Source: Eledone cirrhosa
Lineage: Eukaryota
Reading direction: 5' to 3'
DNA length: 64,000 nt
NCBI GenBank assembly: GCA_964016885.1
Contig: OZ024752.1
Location: 15,314,001 to 15,378,000, forward strand
Numbering within the stretch: the first letter of the stretch is position 1; each line of letters starts with the position of its first letter. The notes beneath the pieces are model-generated. The model ran no database searches. It saw nothing but the letters and a program-made list of their open reading frames with translations, and had not been told where the DNA came from. Below, piece by piece: positions 12,303 to 24,991 of the stretch. The translations under genes and the position numbers were made by a program.

Positions 12303-14531
12303 GAGAGGCCGGAAGATAGGTAAATATTGCTGATGAGTTGTAACAACAACGAAACTAGTTCAATATTCCTTGTCTGGCTTTCTGGAGAATAGAGGAGAGG
12401 TGTTTCCTCAAAAACCAGTATGACTCTAAAAACCGGTTTGTCTGTGTGTTTACATACAGAATAGCTGGCCACTCACAGTAAAGTGACCAGTGAAAAAACT
12501 TGGTACACCTACATATGTATACGTGTGTGTATTCATATACATACTAGTATTTCAGTATACATATATGGATGTACATCTTTAACTTAATTGTTTAAGCGTC
12601 AGTCATACAAAAGTGAGTTACAAACGAAACGAAATTTAATTTTGTTTCGTTATTTGTTTTTATCGTCTCCGTTGAACCGGTACTTACTCACACTCTATGC
12701 AAGTTAGTCTGCCCACTACTAATTTTCATAGAAAAAGCATATAACGATATGTGCTTTTACGATTCTCTAGAGAGGCCGGAAGATAGGTAAATATTGCTGA
12801 TGAGTTGTAACAACAACGAAACTAGTTCAATATTCCTTGTCTGGCTTTCTGGAGAATAGAGGAGAGGTGTTTCCTCAAAAACCAGTATGACTCTAAAAAC
12901 CGGTTTGTCTGTGTGTTTACATACAGAATAGCTGGCCACTCACAGTAAAGTGACCAGTGAAAAAACTTGGTACACCTACATATGTATACGTGTGTGTATT
13001 CATATACATACTAGTATTTCAGTATACATATATGGATGTACATCTTTAACTTAATTGTTTAAGCGTCAGTCATACAAAAGTGAGTTACAAACGAAACGAA
13101 ATTTAATTTTGTTTCGTTATTTGTTTTTATCGTCTCCGTTGAACCGGTACTTACTCACACTCTATGCAAGTTAGCCTGCCCACTACTAATTTTCATAGAA
13201 AAAGCATATAACGATATGTGCTTTTACGATTCTCTAGAGAGGCCGGAAGATAGGTAAATATTGCTGATGAGTTGTAACAACAACGAAACTAGTTCAATAT
13301 TCCTTGTCTGGCTTTCTGGAGAATAGAGGAGAGGTGTTTCCTCAAAAACCAGTATGACTCTAAAAACCGGTTTGTCTGTGTGTTTACATACAGAATAGCT
13401 GGCCACTCACAGTAAAGTGACCAGTGAAAAAACTTGGTACACCTACATATGTATACGTGTGTGTATTCATATACATACTAGTATTTCAGTATACATATAT
13501 GGATGTACATCTTTAACTTAATTGTTTAAGCGTCAGTCATACAAAAGTGAGTTACAAACGAAACGAAATTTAATTTTGTTTCGTTATTTGTTTTTATCGT
13601 CTCCGTTGAACCGGTACTTACTCACACTCTATGCAAGTTAGTCTGCCCACTACTAATTTTCATAGAAAAAGCATATAACGATATGTGCTTTTACGATTCT
13701 CTAGAGAGGCCGGAAGATAGGTAAATATTGCTGATGAGTTGTAACAACAACGAAACTAGTTCAATATTCCTTGTCTGGCTTTCTGGAGAATAGAGGAGAG
13801 GTGTTTCCTCAAAAACCAGTATGACTCTAAAAACCGGTTTGTCTGTGTGTTTACATACAGAATAGCTGGCCACTCACAGTAAAGTGACCAGTGAAAAAAC
13901 TTGGTACACCTACATATGTATACGTGTGTGTATTCATATACATACTAGTATTTCAGTATACATATATGGATGTACATCTTTAACTTAATTGTTTAAGCGT
14001 CAGTCATACAAAAGTGAGTTACAAACGAAACGAAATTTAATTTTGTTTCGTTATTTGTTTTTATCGTCTCCGTTGAACCGGTACTTACTCACACTCTATG
14101 CAAGTTAGTCTGCCCACTACTAATTTTCATAGAAAAAGCATATAACGATATGTGCTTTTACGATTCTCTAGAGAGGCCGGAAGATAGGTAAATATTGCTG
14201 ATGAGTTGTAACAACAACGAAACTAGTTCAATATTCCTTGTCTGGCTTTCTGGAGAATAGAGGAGAGGTGTTTCCTCAAAAAACAGTATGACTCTAAAAA
14301 CCGGTTTGTCTGTGTGTTTACATACAGAATAGCTGGCCACTCACAGTAAAGTGACCAGTGAAAAAACTTGGTACACCTACATATGTATACGTGTGTGTAT
14401 TCATATACATACTAGTATTTCAGTATACATATATGGATGTACATCTTTAACTTAATTGTTTAAGCGTCAGTCATACAAAAGTGAGTTACAAACGAAACGA
14501 AATTTAATTTTGTTTCGTTATTTGTTTTTAT
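12298..14531 (+). repeat. Inverted continuation of the 467-bp array, ~4.8 copies
   Basis: Reverse complement of the preceding array; only two substitutions seen (13175 T>C, 14283 C>A); ends in (TA)n. Confidence 0.95.
12323..12367 (+). ncRNA. Minimal type I hammerhead ribozyme, first of 5 plus-strand copies
   Basis: aatattg CTGATGA gttgt aaca acaac GAAA ctag tt caatatt. Confidence 0.9.
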
Positions 14532-14708
14532 ATGTATATATATATATGTATATGTATATATATATATGTATATGTATATATATATATGTATATGTATATA
14601 TATATATGTATATGTATATATATATATATGTATATGCATATATGTATATGTATATATATATATGTATATGTATATATATATATGTATATGTATATATATG
14701 TATATATA

Positions 14709-14753
<45 letters not shown>

Positions 14754-14760
14754 GTATATA

Positions 14761-14882
14761 ACGAAGGAAAAGTGGTAAGGAACCAGGTGGACCATAACGC
14801 ACCAAAGTACTCAATATTTAGGGTAGTAGAATTAGCCGTCGAAACGGCTTGAGCTCAGCCGTCGGGGTCTTACTTGTTCCTA
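14761..14882. repeat. Short interspersed TA-embedded repeat (family B)
   Basis: Near-identical to 18171-18240 and 18317-18370; partial match at 3750-3787; contains hairpin agccgt-cgaa-acggct. Confidence 0.7.
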
Positions 14883-14930
14883 TATGTATATATATATGTA
14901 TATATATATATATATGTATATATATACATG

Positions 14931-14961
<31 letters not shown>

Positions 14962-14984
14962 GTATGTATATATATATATGTATG

Positions 14985-15015
<31 letters not shown>

Positions 15016-15058
15016 GTATGTATATATATATATGTATATATATGTATATATATATATG

Positions 15059-15091
<33 letters not shown>

Positions 15092-15100
15092 GTATATAAG

Positions 15101-15147
<47 letters not shown>

Positions 15148-16333
15148 ATATATATATATATGTATATATGTATATATATATATGTATATATATATATGTG
15201 TGTATATATATGTGTGTATATATATATGTGTGTATATATATGTATATATATATATGTAATTATATATATGTATATATATATGTGTATATATGTGTATATA
15301 TATATATGTGTATATATATGTATATATATATGTGTATATATGTGTATATATATATATGTGTATATATATGTATATATATATATGTGTATATATATGTATA
15401 TATATATGTATATATATATGTATATATGTATATATATGTGTATATATATGTATATATATATGTATATATATATGTATATATGTATATATATATGTATATA
15501 CGTATATACATATATATATGAATATGTATATGTGTATATATGTATATATGTGTATATATGTATATATATGTATATATATATGTATATACATATATATATG
15601 AATATATATATGTGTATATATGTATGTTTATGTATATACATATATATATGAATATATATATGTGTGTATGTGTATATATATGTATATACATATATATATG
15701 AATATATATATGTGTATATATGTATATATATGTATATACATATATATATGAATATATATATGTGTATATATGTATATATATGTATATACATATATATATG
15801 AATATATATATGTGTATATATGTATATATATGTATATATGTATATACATATATATGTGTATATATGTATATATATAAGTATATATATGTATATACATATA
15901 TATATGAACATATATGTGTATATATGTATATATACGTATATACATATATACATGAGTATATATATATGTATATATATGTATATACATATATACATGAATA
16001 TATATATGTGTATATATGTATATATATATGTATATATGTATATCATATATATGTGTATATATGTATATATATGTATATATGTATATACATATATATATGA
16101 ATATATATATGTGTATATATGTATATATATGTATATATGTATATACATATATATATATGAATATATATATGTGTATATATGTATATATATGTATATATGT
16201 ATATACATATATATATGAATATATATATGTGTATATGTATGTATATATATGTATATACATATATATATGAATATATATATGTGTATACGTATATATATAT
16301 ATGTATATATGTATATACATATATATATGAATA

Positions 16334-16364
<31 letters not shown>

Positions 16365-16495
16365 ATACATATATATATGAATATATATATGTGTATATGT
16401 ATATATATATGAATATATATATGTGTATATGTATATACATATATATATGAATATATATATGTGTATATGTATATATATATGAATATATATATGTG

Positions 16496-16537
<42 letters not shown>

Positions 16538-16709
16538 TATGTATATATATGTATATATATATGTGTGTGTATATGTATATATATGTATCTATATATGTAT
16601 ATATATGTATATATATATATGTGTGTGTATATGTATATATATGTATCTATATATGTATATATATGTATATATATATATGTATATATATATGTATATATAT
16701 GTATATGTA

Positions 16710-16750
<41 letters not shown>

Positions 16751-16834
16751 ATATATATATATCTATATATGTATATATATATATATGTATATACATATAT
16801 ATATGAATATATATATGTATATAGGTTTTAAACA

Positions 16835-16867
<33 letters not shown>

Positions 16868-16870
16868 TAC

Positions 16871-16919
<49 letters not shown>
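14883..16919. repeat. ~2-kb compound TA microsatellite with a higher-order (tatatacatatatatgaatatatatatgtg-like) period
   Basis: Direct reading. Confidence 0.95.
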
Positions 16920-16920
<1 letters not shown>

Positions 16921-17236
16921 GGTGGCTGCCATGTTGACCGTGTTACGGTCAACATCATTGGATACCAACGGAATTGCTTGGTGTTATATCAGTTTTCCTT
17001 CTCCTAGAATTCTGCCTTTACATAGGCTAAGGGGTTATCTCTCCCGGTTATTTTGGATGGCCATTGGCTCTTATGAGCTCCTTTGCCCTTTGACAGGTTT
17101 TATTTTTAGTCCAGCAGTGTGTCCAAAGACACCCTCCTCACCAAGAAACCTTGGTGGGGTTCCCAGTTTAGTCGCCAACGACCCGACAGGTTGTGTTGGG
17201 ATACATGTTACCAGTAGCTCCAACTGATGACCTGAC
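16920..17236 (-). mobile_element. Shortened copy of the bipartite RTE-derived non-autonomous element
   Basis: Shares the 5' end (gtcaggtca...) and the 3' end (ggcagccacca) with the 55790 and 59307 copies, with a larger internal deletion. Confidence 0.8.
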
Positions 17237-17267
17237 ATATATGTATATATATACATATATATATATA

Positions 17268-17900
17268 CAACATATTGTATTTTAAAGAGCTCAGGATCTC
17301 TTCTCTTTAAGCACATTATTTACTCGGAATAGCGAGGGCCTATGCCTCCGTTAATTTATCGTGATATTTCGCTCCTAATAACAGTCTTTTCTATCTCTGT
17401 TTGGTTGAGCACGCTTCTCTGAGTGGCTTTGGGCTGTACTTTCTAACAGTTCGTCCCTTAGAGGCCACTGGTTCACTGTCCTTAAACACGCTGTGACTTT
17501 TCTCTCCCACGTGTAGCTGGACAGTCAATTTTAAAATTCTCTTAGTGTTGTCTCTAAATGTATAGCCTTACACACGCTGATGAACCGAGACTAACCCATT
17601 TCTTTCAACAAATTATTGATGAAACATATCATTGGATTTGTACGTGTGTTATATAGTTGTAGACGTATTTATTTACTCTTTAATTTATATTTTCAATTAT
17701 CGTGTCTATAGTCTGCTTTTCATAGGTTTTAGATTGCATACACTGGTGGTTTTTTCCCTGTAGTATTGATAACGCACTATATATCTCTCTCTGGTGTGTT
17801 ACCTTTTCAACATATTGTATTTTAAAGAGCTCAGGATCTCTTCTCCTTTGAGCACATTATTTACAGGGAATAGCGAGGGGATACGCCTCCGTTAATTTAT

Positions 17901-17907
<7 letters not shown>
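17268..17907 (+). mobile_element. ~540-bp hammerhead-containing unit with ~100-bp terminal direct repeat (second retrozyme/pLTR-like family)
   Basis: caacatattgtattttaaagagctcagg...cctccgttaatttatcgtgata occurs at 17268 and 17808; hammerhead inside; related fold-back copy at 54211-54393. Confidence 0.65.
17570..17649 (+). ncRNA. Type I hammerhead ribozyme with extended stem III
   Basis: acacacg-CTGATGA-...-GAAA-catatc-attg-gatttG-TA-cgtgtgt; perfect 7-bp stem I, GUA site, degenerate stem II. Confidence 0.6.
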
Positions 17908-17969
<62 letters not shown>

Positions 17970-18012
17970 TATACATATATATATATGTATATATATATAT
18001 ATACATATATAC

Positions 18013-18043
<31 letters not shown>

Positions 18044-18094
18044 TACATATATACATATATATATATGTATATATATATATATGTACATATATGC

Positions 18095-18125
<31 letters not shown>

Positions 18126-18132
18126 CATATAT

Positions 18133-18170
<38 letters not shown>

Positions 18171-18173
<3 letters not shown>

Positions 18174-18370
18174 AGGAGATGTGGTAAGGAACCAGGTGGA
18201 CCATAACGCACCAAAGTACTCAATACTTGAGGTAGTAGAGTGGGTAATAGGAACCAGTAAGACCGCGACAGCTGAGCTCAAGCCGTTTCGACGGCTAATT
18301 CTGTACTCTGAGTCCAGAATTAGCCGTCGAAACGGCTTGAGCTCAGCCGTCGGGGTCTTACTGGTTCCTA
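18171..18370. repeat. Family B repeat with fold-back (arms ~18248-18302 / ~18316-18370)
   Basis: ~55-bp inverted repeat with two mismatches seen. Confidence 0.8.
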
Positions 18371-18547
18371 TATATATATATATATGTGTGTATATATATA
18401 TATACATATATACATATATATATATATACATATATATATATCGATGGCGACCGGCTAAGGTAGAAGGTGCAAGATAGCGGTCGTCCTCGGGTCCTCGATT
18501 TTCAGCCCCATGGATTGTAACTATTACATTCACGTGTTTTATTTCGA

Positions 18548-18605
18548 ATACCTGATGATATCACCGGATTCATACGGAACCCGGTGATTGAAATGATCAT
18601 AGTAT
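18548..18605 (+). ncRNA. Minimal type I hammerhead ribozyme
   Basis: atac-CTGATGA-tatcaccgg...ccggtgatt-GAAA-tgatca-TA-gtat; palindromic TGATCA stem III; aataaa follows. Confidence 0.85.
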
Positions 18606-18655
18606 AATAAACCTTTCAAGGATTTGCACAAATCCAGCCTCCTGTCATTTCATTA

Positions 18656-18797
<142 letters not shown>

Positions 18798-18798
18798 C

Positions 18799-18832
<34 letters not shown>

Positions 18833-18843
18833 GTATACAGACA

Positions 18844-18929
<86 letters not shown>

Positions 18930-18953
18930 TGTATACTGTCATATATATATATG

Positions 18954-19011
<58 letters not shown>

Positions 19012-19020
19012 TGTATACTG

Positions 19021-19063
<43 letters not shown>

Positions 19064-19069
<6 letters not shown>

Positions 19070-19514
19070 ATTAAATAAATGGAAAACTATATTTATAAAA
19101 CCATATTTATTTCATTATATATATTTCGGGGATATCATATTAACAATATGCTATGCCTTCATCAGACAAAATACAATATAAACAGTTTTATAGATAAATA
19201 TATTCGACATACCGTAATAAACATCAACATCATTTGAAGAGGTTCACTCAACCTCTTCAAATGATGTTGATGTTTATTACGGTATGTCGAATATATTTAT
19301 CTATAAAACTGTTTATATTGTATTTTGTCTGATGAAGGCATAGCATATTGTTAATATGATATCCCCGAAATATATATAATGAAATAAATATGGTTTTATA
19401 AATATAGTTTTCCATTTATTTAATATTGTAAATATACTCCAAGTATTTGTCGAGTGCTTTTATATCAGTTATAAATATTTACTAGTTGTAACCCAACAAT
19501 TTTAAATATAACTT

Positions 19515-19518
<4 letters not shown>
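19064..19518 (+). mobile_element. Family A pLTR fragment as a 181-bp-arm palindrome plus tail
   Basis: 19064-19244 is the reverse complement of 19250-19430 around loop cactc; hammerhead at 19323-19386 (+) with mirror copy at ~19108-19171 (-). Confidence 0.9.
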
Positions 19519-19593
<75 letters not shown>

Positions 19594-19625
19594 TCATATA
19601 TATATATATATATACATATGTACAT

Positions 19626-19675
<50 letters not shown>

Positions 19676-19723
19676 GTATATATACATATATATGTATATA
19701 TATATGTATATATACATATATAT

Positions 19724-19754
<31 letters not shown>

Positions 19755-19887
19755 TACATATGTATATATACATATATATGTATATATACATATGTATATA
19801 TATATATATATATACATATGTATATATACATATATATGTATATATACATATATATATGTATATATATATGTATATATACATATATAT

Positions 19888-19931
<44 letters not shown>

Positions 19932-20002
19932 GTATATATACATATATGTATATATATATATATACATATGTATATATACATATATATGTATATATACATA
20001 TA

Positions 20003-20048
<46 letters not shown>

Positions 20049-20096
20049 TATGTATATATATATATATATATACATACACACATATATATATGTATG

Positions 20097-20137
<41 letters not shown>

Positions 20138-20210
20138 CTGTATACATATATATATGTATATATATATATATATATATATACATATATACATACACACATA
20201 TATATGAATG

Positions 20211-20273
<63 letters not shown>

Positions 20274-20277
20274 CTGT

Positions 20278-20317
<40 letters not shown>

Positions 20318-20380
20318 GTATATATACATATATACATATGTATATATACATATATACATATGTATATATACATATATATG
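19519..20380. repeat. Compound TA microsatellite
   Basis: Direct reading. Confidence 0.95.
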
Positions 20381-20756
20381 ATAATATGGGCGCTGCGGAG
20401 TTGCAAATGGGTTACATATGAAAAGAGTCTGTCCTTCATCAGGGATCTTCCAACTATCATAGGTATTTCATCGCTTTAAAGACCATATACCTCCGGTTGG
20501 TGCGAGCAACGGCTAAAAAAAGTCGTTGGGACACGTAAATAAAGGGGACGCGAGGGTAAACAAACAAAATGGTGAGGCAACAGAAAGTGAGGAAGGAGGA
20601 GACAAGTCCCAGATTTCTATGAATTTAAGTTCGGTGAAATCGTGAACCAGAGAATAAAGACCATCAAACCTGGTTGAAATGTGAGCAAGGAAGCAATTTC
20701 GCACAGGTCTAACGGGAGGAAGAAGGGGTCTGGTCTGCGAATTCGGTAAACATCAG
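20381..20756 (-). mobile_element. Possible PLE 3'-end remnant between TA tracts
   Basis: Minus-strand LLTFQPGL resembles the PLE GIY-YIG C-terminal LxTLxPxGLN; CTGATGAAGG half-core downstream with no matching GAAA. Confidence 0.3.
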
Positions 20757-20766
20757 ATATATATAC

Positions 20767-20805
<39 letters not shown>

Positions 20806-20819
20806 CATATACACATATA

Positions 20820-20853
<34 letters not shown>

Positions 20854-20867
20854 CATATATACATATA

Positions 20868-20908
<41 letters not shown>

Positions 20909-20914
20909 CATATA

Positions 20915-20965
<51 letters not shown>

Positions 20966-20971
20966 CATATA

Positions 20972-21038
<67 letters not shown>

Positions 21039-21112
21039 GTATATATATATATTACATATATATATATTACATATATATATATATATGTATATATTAATAT
21101 ATATATATATAT

Positions 21113-21170
<58 letters not shown>

Positions 21171-21213
21171 TATATATATATATATGTTTATATATATATA
21201 CATATATATATAC

Positions 21214-21264
<51 letters not shown>

Positions 21265-21329
21265 CATATATATATATATACATATATATATATACATATA
21301 TATACATATATATATATACATATATATAC

Positions 21330-21366
<37 letters not shown>

Positions 21367-21387
21367 CATATATACATATATATATAC

Positions 21388-21420
<33 letters not shown>

Positions 21421-21481
21421 GATATATACATATATATATATATATAGATATATACATATATATATATATATACATATATAC

Positions 21482-21518
<37 letters not shown>

Positions 21519-21665
21519 TATATACATATATGTATATATATATATGTTTGTGTATATATATATGTATGTGCGTGTGTGTGTGTGTGTATATATATATATG
21601 TATGTGCGTGTGTGTGTGTGTGTATCTATATATGTATGTGCGTGTGTATATATGTATGTGTATGG

Positions 21666-21718
<53 letters not shown>

Positions 21719-21748
21719 TATATATATATATATATATATGTTTATATA

Positions 21749-21783
<35 letters not shown>

Positions 21784-21792
21784 GTATATATA
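20757..21792. repeat. Compound TA/TG microsatellite
   Basis: Direct reading. Confidence 0.95.
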
Positions 21793-22118
21793 TTGAAAGA
21801 GAGACATCGGGAATGCGATCAGGAGGGAATGTATATAATATTCCTATAAACGATAAAGTTAAATAAATTTCGTCGCAGTCTCTGAATTGACATTAAATGG
21901 CTTCCTATTTATTTCAACTTTGATATCTACAGACTTTCTTGCTTTTATGTTGTAATTAAAATACTCACGTGTTCTCTCTTTAAACTTCTATACATCTTAT
22001 TTGTATGATATGTTATGTTTTAGGTTTCGCAAAGTCAGACTCCGTTTAATCTATATTTAATATTCAGTTAGCTCTAATATATATTCTTTAAAATAATCTT
22101 TTTCTGACGCTGTATTAT

Positions 22119-22306
22119 ATAATTGTTTCTACTTTTTGGCACAAGGCCAGCAATTATACCAGTGTATTACTGGTACTTTATTTTATCGGCCCCGTAAGGA
22201 TGAAAGGCAAAGTTAACCTCGGCGGGATTTGAACTCAGTCCATAAAGGGACGTGACTGTGCTGCAAAGCATGGCGTTCGACCCTCTACCGATACTGCCAG
22301 TCCACA
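22119..22306 (-). mobile_element. tRNA-derived SINE
   Basis: Same family as 1337-1500, nearly full length. Confidence 0.85.
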
Positions 22307-22984
22307 TAATTCTGCTTTAAATTTTATAACTAATTTGTTTCATCATCAAATGGGAATACACCAATTGTTGATTCACGTCTCGCTTCAGATAATTATTCAA
22401 AAATATGTAGTATTGTTGGAACCTTATTTGATACACCTTCAGCCATTTATTTATGCAATACATGCGTCGAATTCAATATATCACCGAATATTCCCTTTCG
22501 TAAAGACAGGATTCTTTGATTTATTAATCATTAGAGGATAACTTGTAGTCTAATAGTCTGATAATTTCTAAACACTCATATTATAGAATAACCTCAAGTA
22601 CACTGAATTCTATACTATTTAACATATATTCAACAGCTTTAAATAAGGATATGTATCCTTTATTTGCAATAAATACTTAATAGATGTATGAAGTTATCTA
22701 AGATCCATCTGTTTCCGACAAACATGATTTAGCTCCAATTATATATTAGGAATATTTCAGTGAAAAACGAGATTTATTCTAAAGAAATGGTATGTATAAC
22801 CAAGGCGTTCCTTACAAGACAAAACCCTAACGTAGTTGACATGTTTATTTCATAATACAGAATATCCTAAACCTACAATATATATTCACACAGAAACACA
22901 CAACACATCTGTCTTAGGTGAAACAAAATGTTCTCGGAAATGGTGAATTAACTGTTTTGGAACTATTCTCTATCTATCTATCTA

Positions 22985-24842
22985 TCGACCATCGATACTT
23001 GGAAGCGGTTATCAAGGCGGCCGGTTTCGGACCCGTGTTCAGAGGCTGGATCGAGGCGATGCATACCAGCATCTGCTCGAGGGTCAAGGTGAACGGTTAC
23101 CTAACGGTGCCGTTCGCAATGACGCGTATCCATTCGACAGGGGTGCCCTCTCTCCTCCCGTATGTATGTATTGACTCTAGAGCCACTACTGCGGAAATTG
23201 GAGCTGTTGCAAGGCATCCCTCTAGAACCGGGCCTGCGCAACGTGAGGGTAATGGTGTCGAGCACCTCGGAAATCGGGGTGATCGGCAACTTATTGAAAG
23301 AATACGAAACGCTGACGGGAGTAAACCCGGGCAAGTCTGTCGGTTTGCAACCCGGTAAGTAAAGAGGAAAACCGATGACGTCCGACAGCGTCGTTGGACG
23401 CTGGACGGACGGACCGGTGAATTTGCTCGGGGTCTGGTTCGGTCCAGACCTCCAGGTCGAGAAAAACTGGAACGAGGTCACGGCCAAGGTGTTTGCACTC
23501 AGCCAGAAGTGGGCAGAGTGAAAACTGTCCTTGAAAGGTCGAGCGGAGGTGGCGAACACTTTCTTAGCGTCCGTCATTTACTACCGCTTGACTGTCGTGC
23601 CTTGTCCCCGTGAACACCTCTCCAAGATGGAACGCATGCTCTTCTAGTTTCTGTGGAAGAAGCAGGCTCCGCTGGTGAGGAGATCCATCTGCTGTCAGCA
23701 CCCTTCCAACGGAGGGCTGGGAATGCCATGGCTGATGATGCGCAAACATGGGCTGCAGCTGCGCAATCTCCAGGTATTCCTCACCGACCCCCAATCGGTG
23801 TGGGCACCGTTTGTGAGACAGGCTTTCCCACAGCTCCTCTCGCTGACGGAACTGCAGTCCTGGGTCAAGAAAAGACCGAAAATGATGGGCGCCTAGCACA
23901 TTGAAAGCGCTCAGGCGCTCACACTCCTCTGGCAAGCGGGCGGAGCAATCAGTGGAGACTCCTCTTCGACATTCTATAGAGGGATTGTACGTTACAAGAG
24001 CGACGACGTTCTCGTTGAGACTTTGGGCGTCGAAGACGATGAGCTCACCAATCTGTTTGGTAGGACTTTCCGCCCGGGACCTATGGACAACTTCCAGAGG
24101 TGCCTGGCCTGGCAGTGCTACCGAGGATCTCTACCGGTTCATGAGAAGATCTACAGGCACGGACGCCTCGGCAGGAATCTTTCCAAGAGGACGTGACCAA
24201 GATTGGCGAAGGACATTGAAACAGTCCTGCACGCAATCGTACACTGCCCGGGCATAACCGACCTGTGGAACTATGCAGAACAACTGCTGTCGCGTATAGG
24301 ACAAATCCAGTTGACTTCCGAGTCCATAGTAAGGATCAAACCGCCAGCCTCTTTTAAAAACGAAAGAGAGGCGGTTTTCCTCTGTACGGTGGCTATGGTG
24401 AAAGAAGTTATATGGTGGACGAGATTGAGAGGACTGAGGATAGATGCCTTTCTCTCCGGACAACAATTGATTCCCTTCTTTAAGTATCACTTTAGAAGGA
24501 GAATCAGAGTGGAGAGAGAGGCACTGCACCCAGGAAATTTACAGAAAGGTGGGTGAATGAAGCGAAAATGGCCCGAGTGATTGGGCCTTCTCTGTTTATA
24601 AGCCTGCAGGTCGAAGAAGAGAGCAAAATGAAGAAAGGAGCACTTGCACAACACGCTCCTGCAGTTGAGGGTCGTTCTATCGACGGGGTATTAAACAACC
24701 CATTTGTGGCCCTTCCCCCCTATTGGGGATTTCGATTGTTGTAATTGTTTGTTTTTATATTTTTACACGACTGTATGTAAAATCCCCCGCATGTCTTTGT
24801 ATTGTCCCCTTTTCTTGTGCGCCCTTGTGGCAAATAAAGAAA
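22985..24842 (+). mobile_element. 5'-truncated Tx1/L1-clade LINE (RT C-half and zf-RVT-like C-terminus), pseudogenised
   Basis: GFGPVFRGWI..VKVNG..RQG(C)P..YVLTLEPLLRKL; LSLKGRAEVAN; GGLGMP; ETVLHAIVHCP; ends aataaagaaa + (ATCT)n; YADD segment missing. Confidence 0.9.
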
Positions 24843-24847
24843 TCTAC

Positions 24848-24890
<43 letters not shown>

Positions 24891-24904
24891 CCTATCTACC
24901 TAAA

Positions 24905-24990
<86 letters not shown>
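24843..24990. repeat. (ATCT)n followed by (TG)n
   Basis: Direct reading. Confidence 0.95.

Positions 24991-24991
<1 letters not shown>

Noticed and set aside
7303-14531. CRISPR array or tandem snRNA/5S/tRNA gene cluster
   Set aside because: No variable spacers, no recognisable structural-RNA sequence, and no convincing Pol III A/B box pair.
14818-16958. Long Y/I/M/C-rich ORFs here and in other TA tracts
   Set aside because: Translation of stop-free dinucleotide microsatellites.
20410-20475. Hammerhead at CTGATGAAGG (minus strand)
   Set aside because: No downstream stem II closure or GAAA; at most a deleted remnant.
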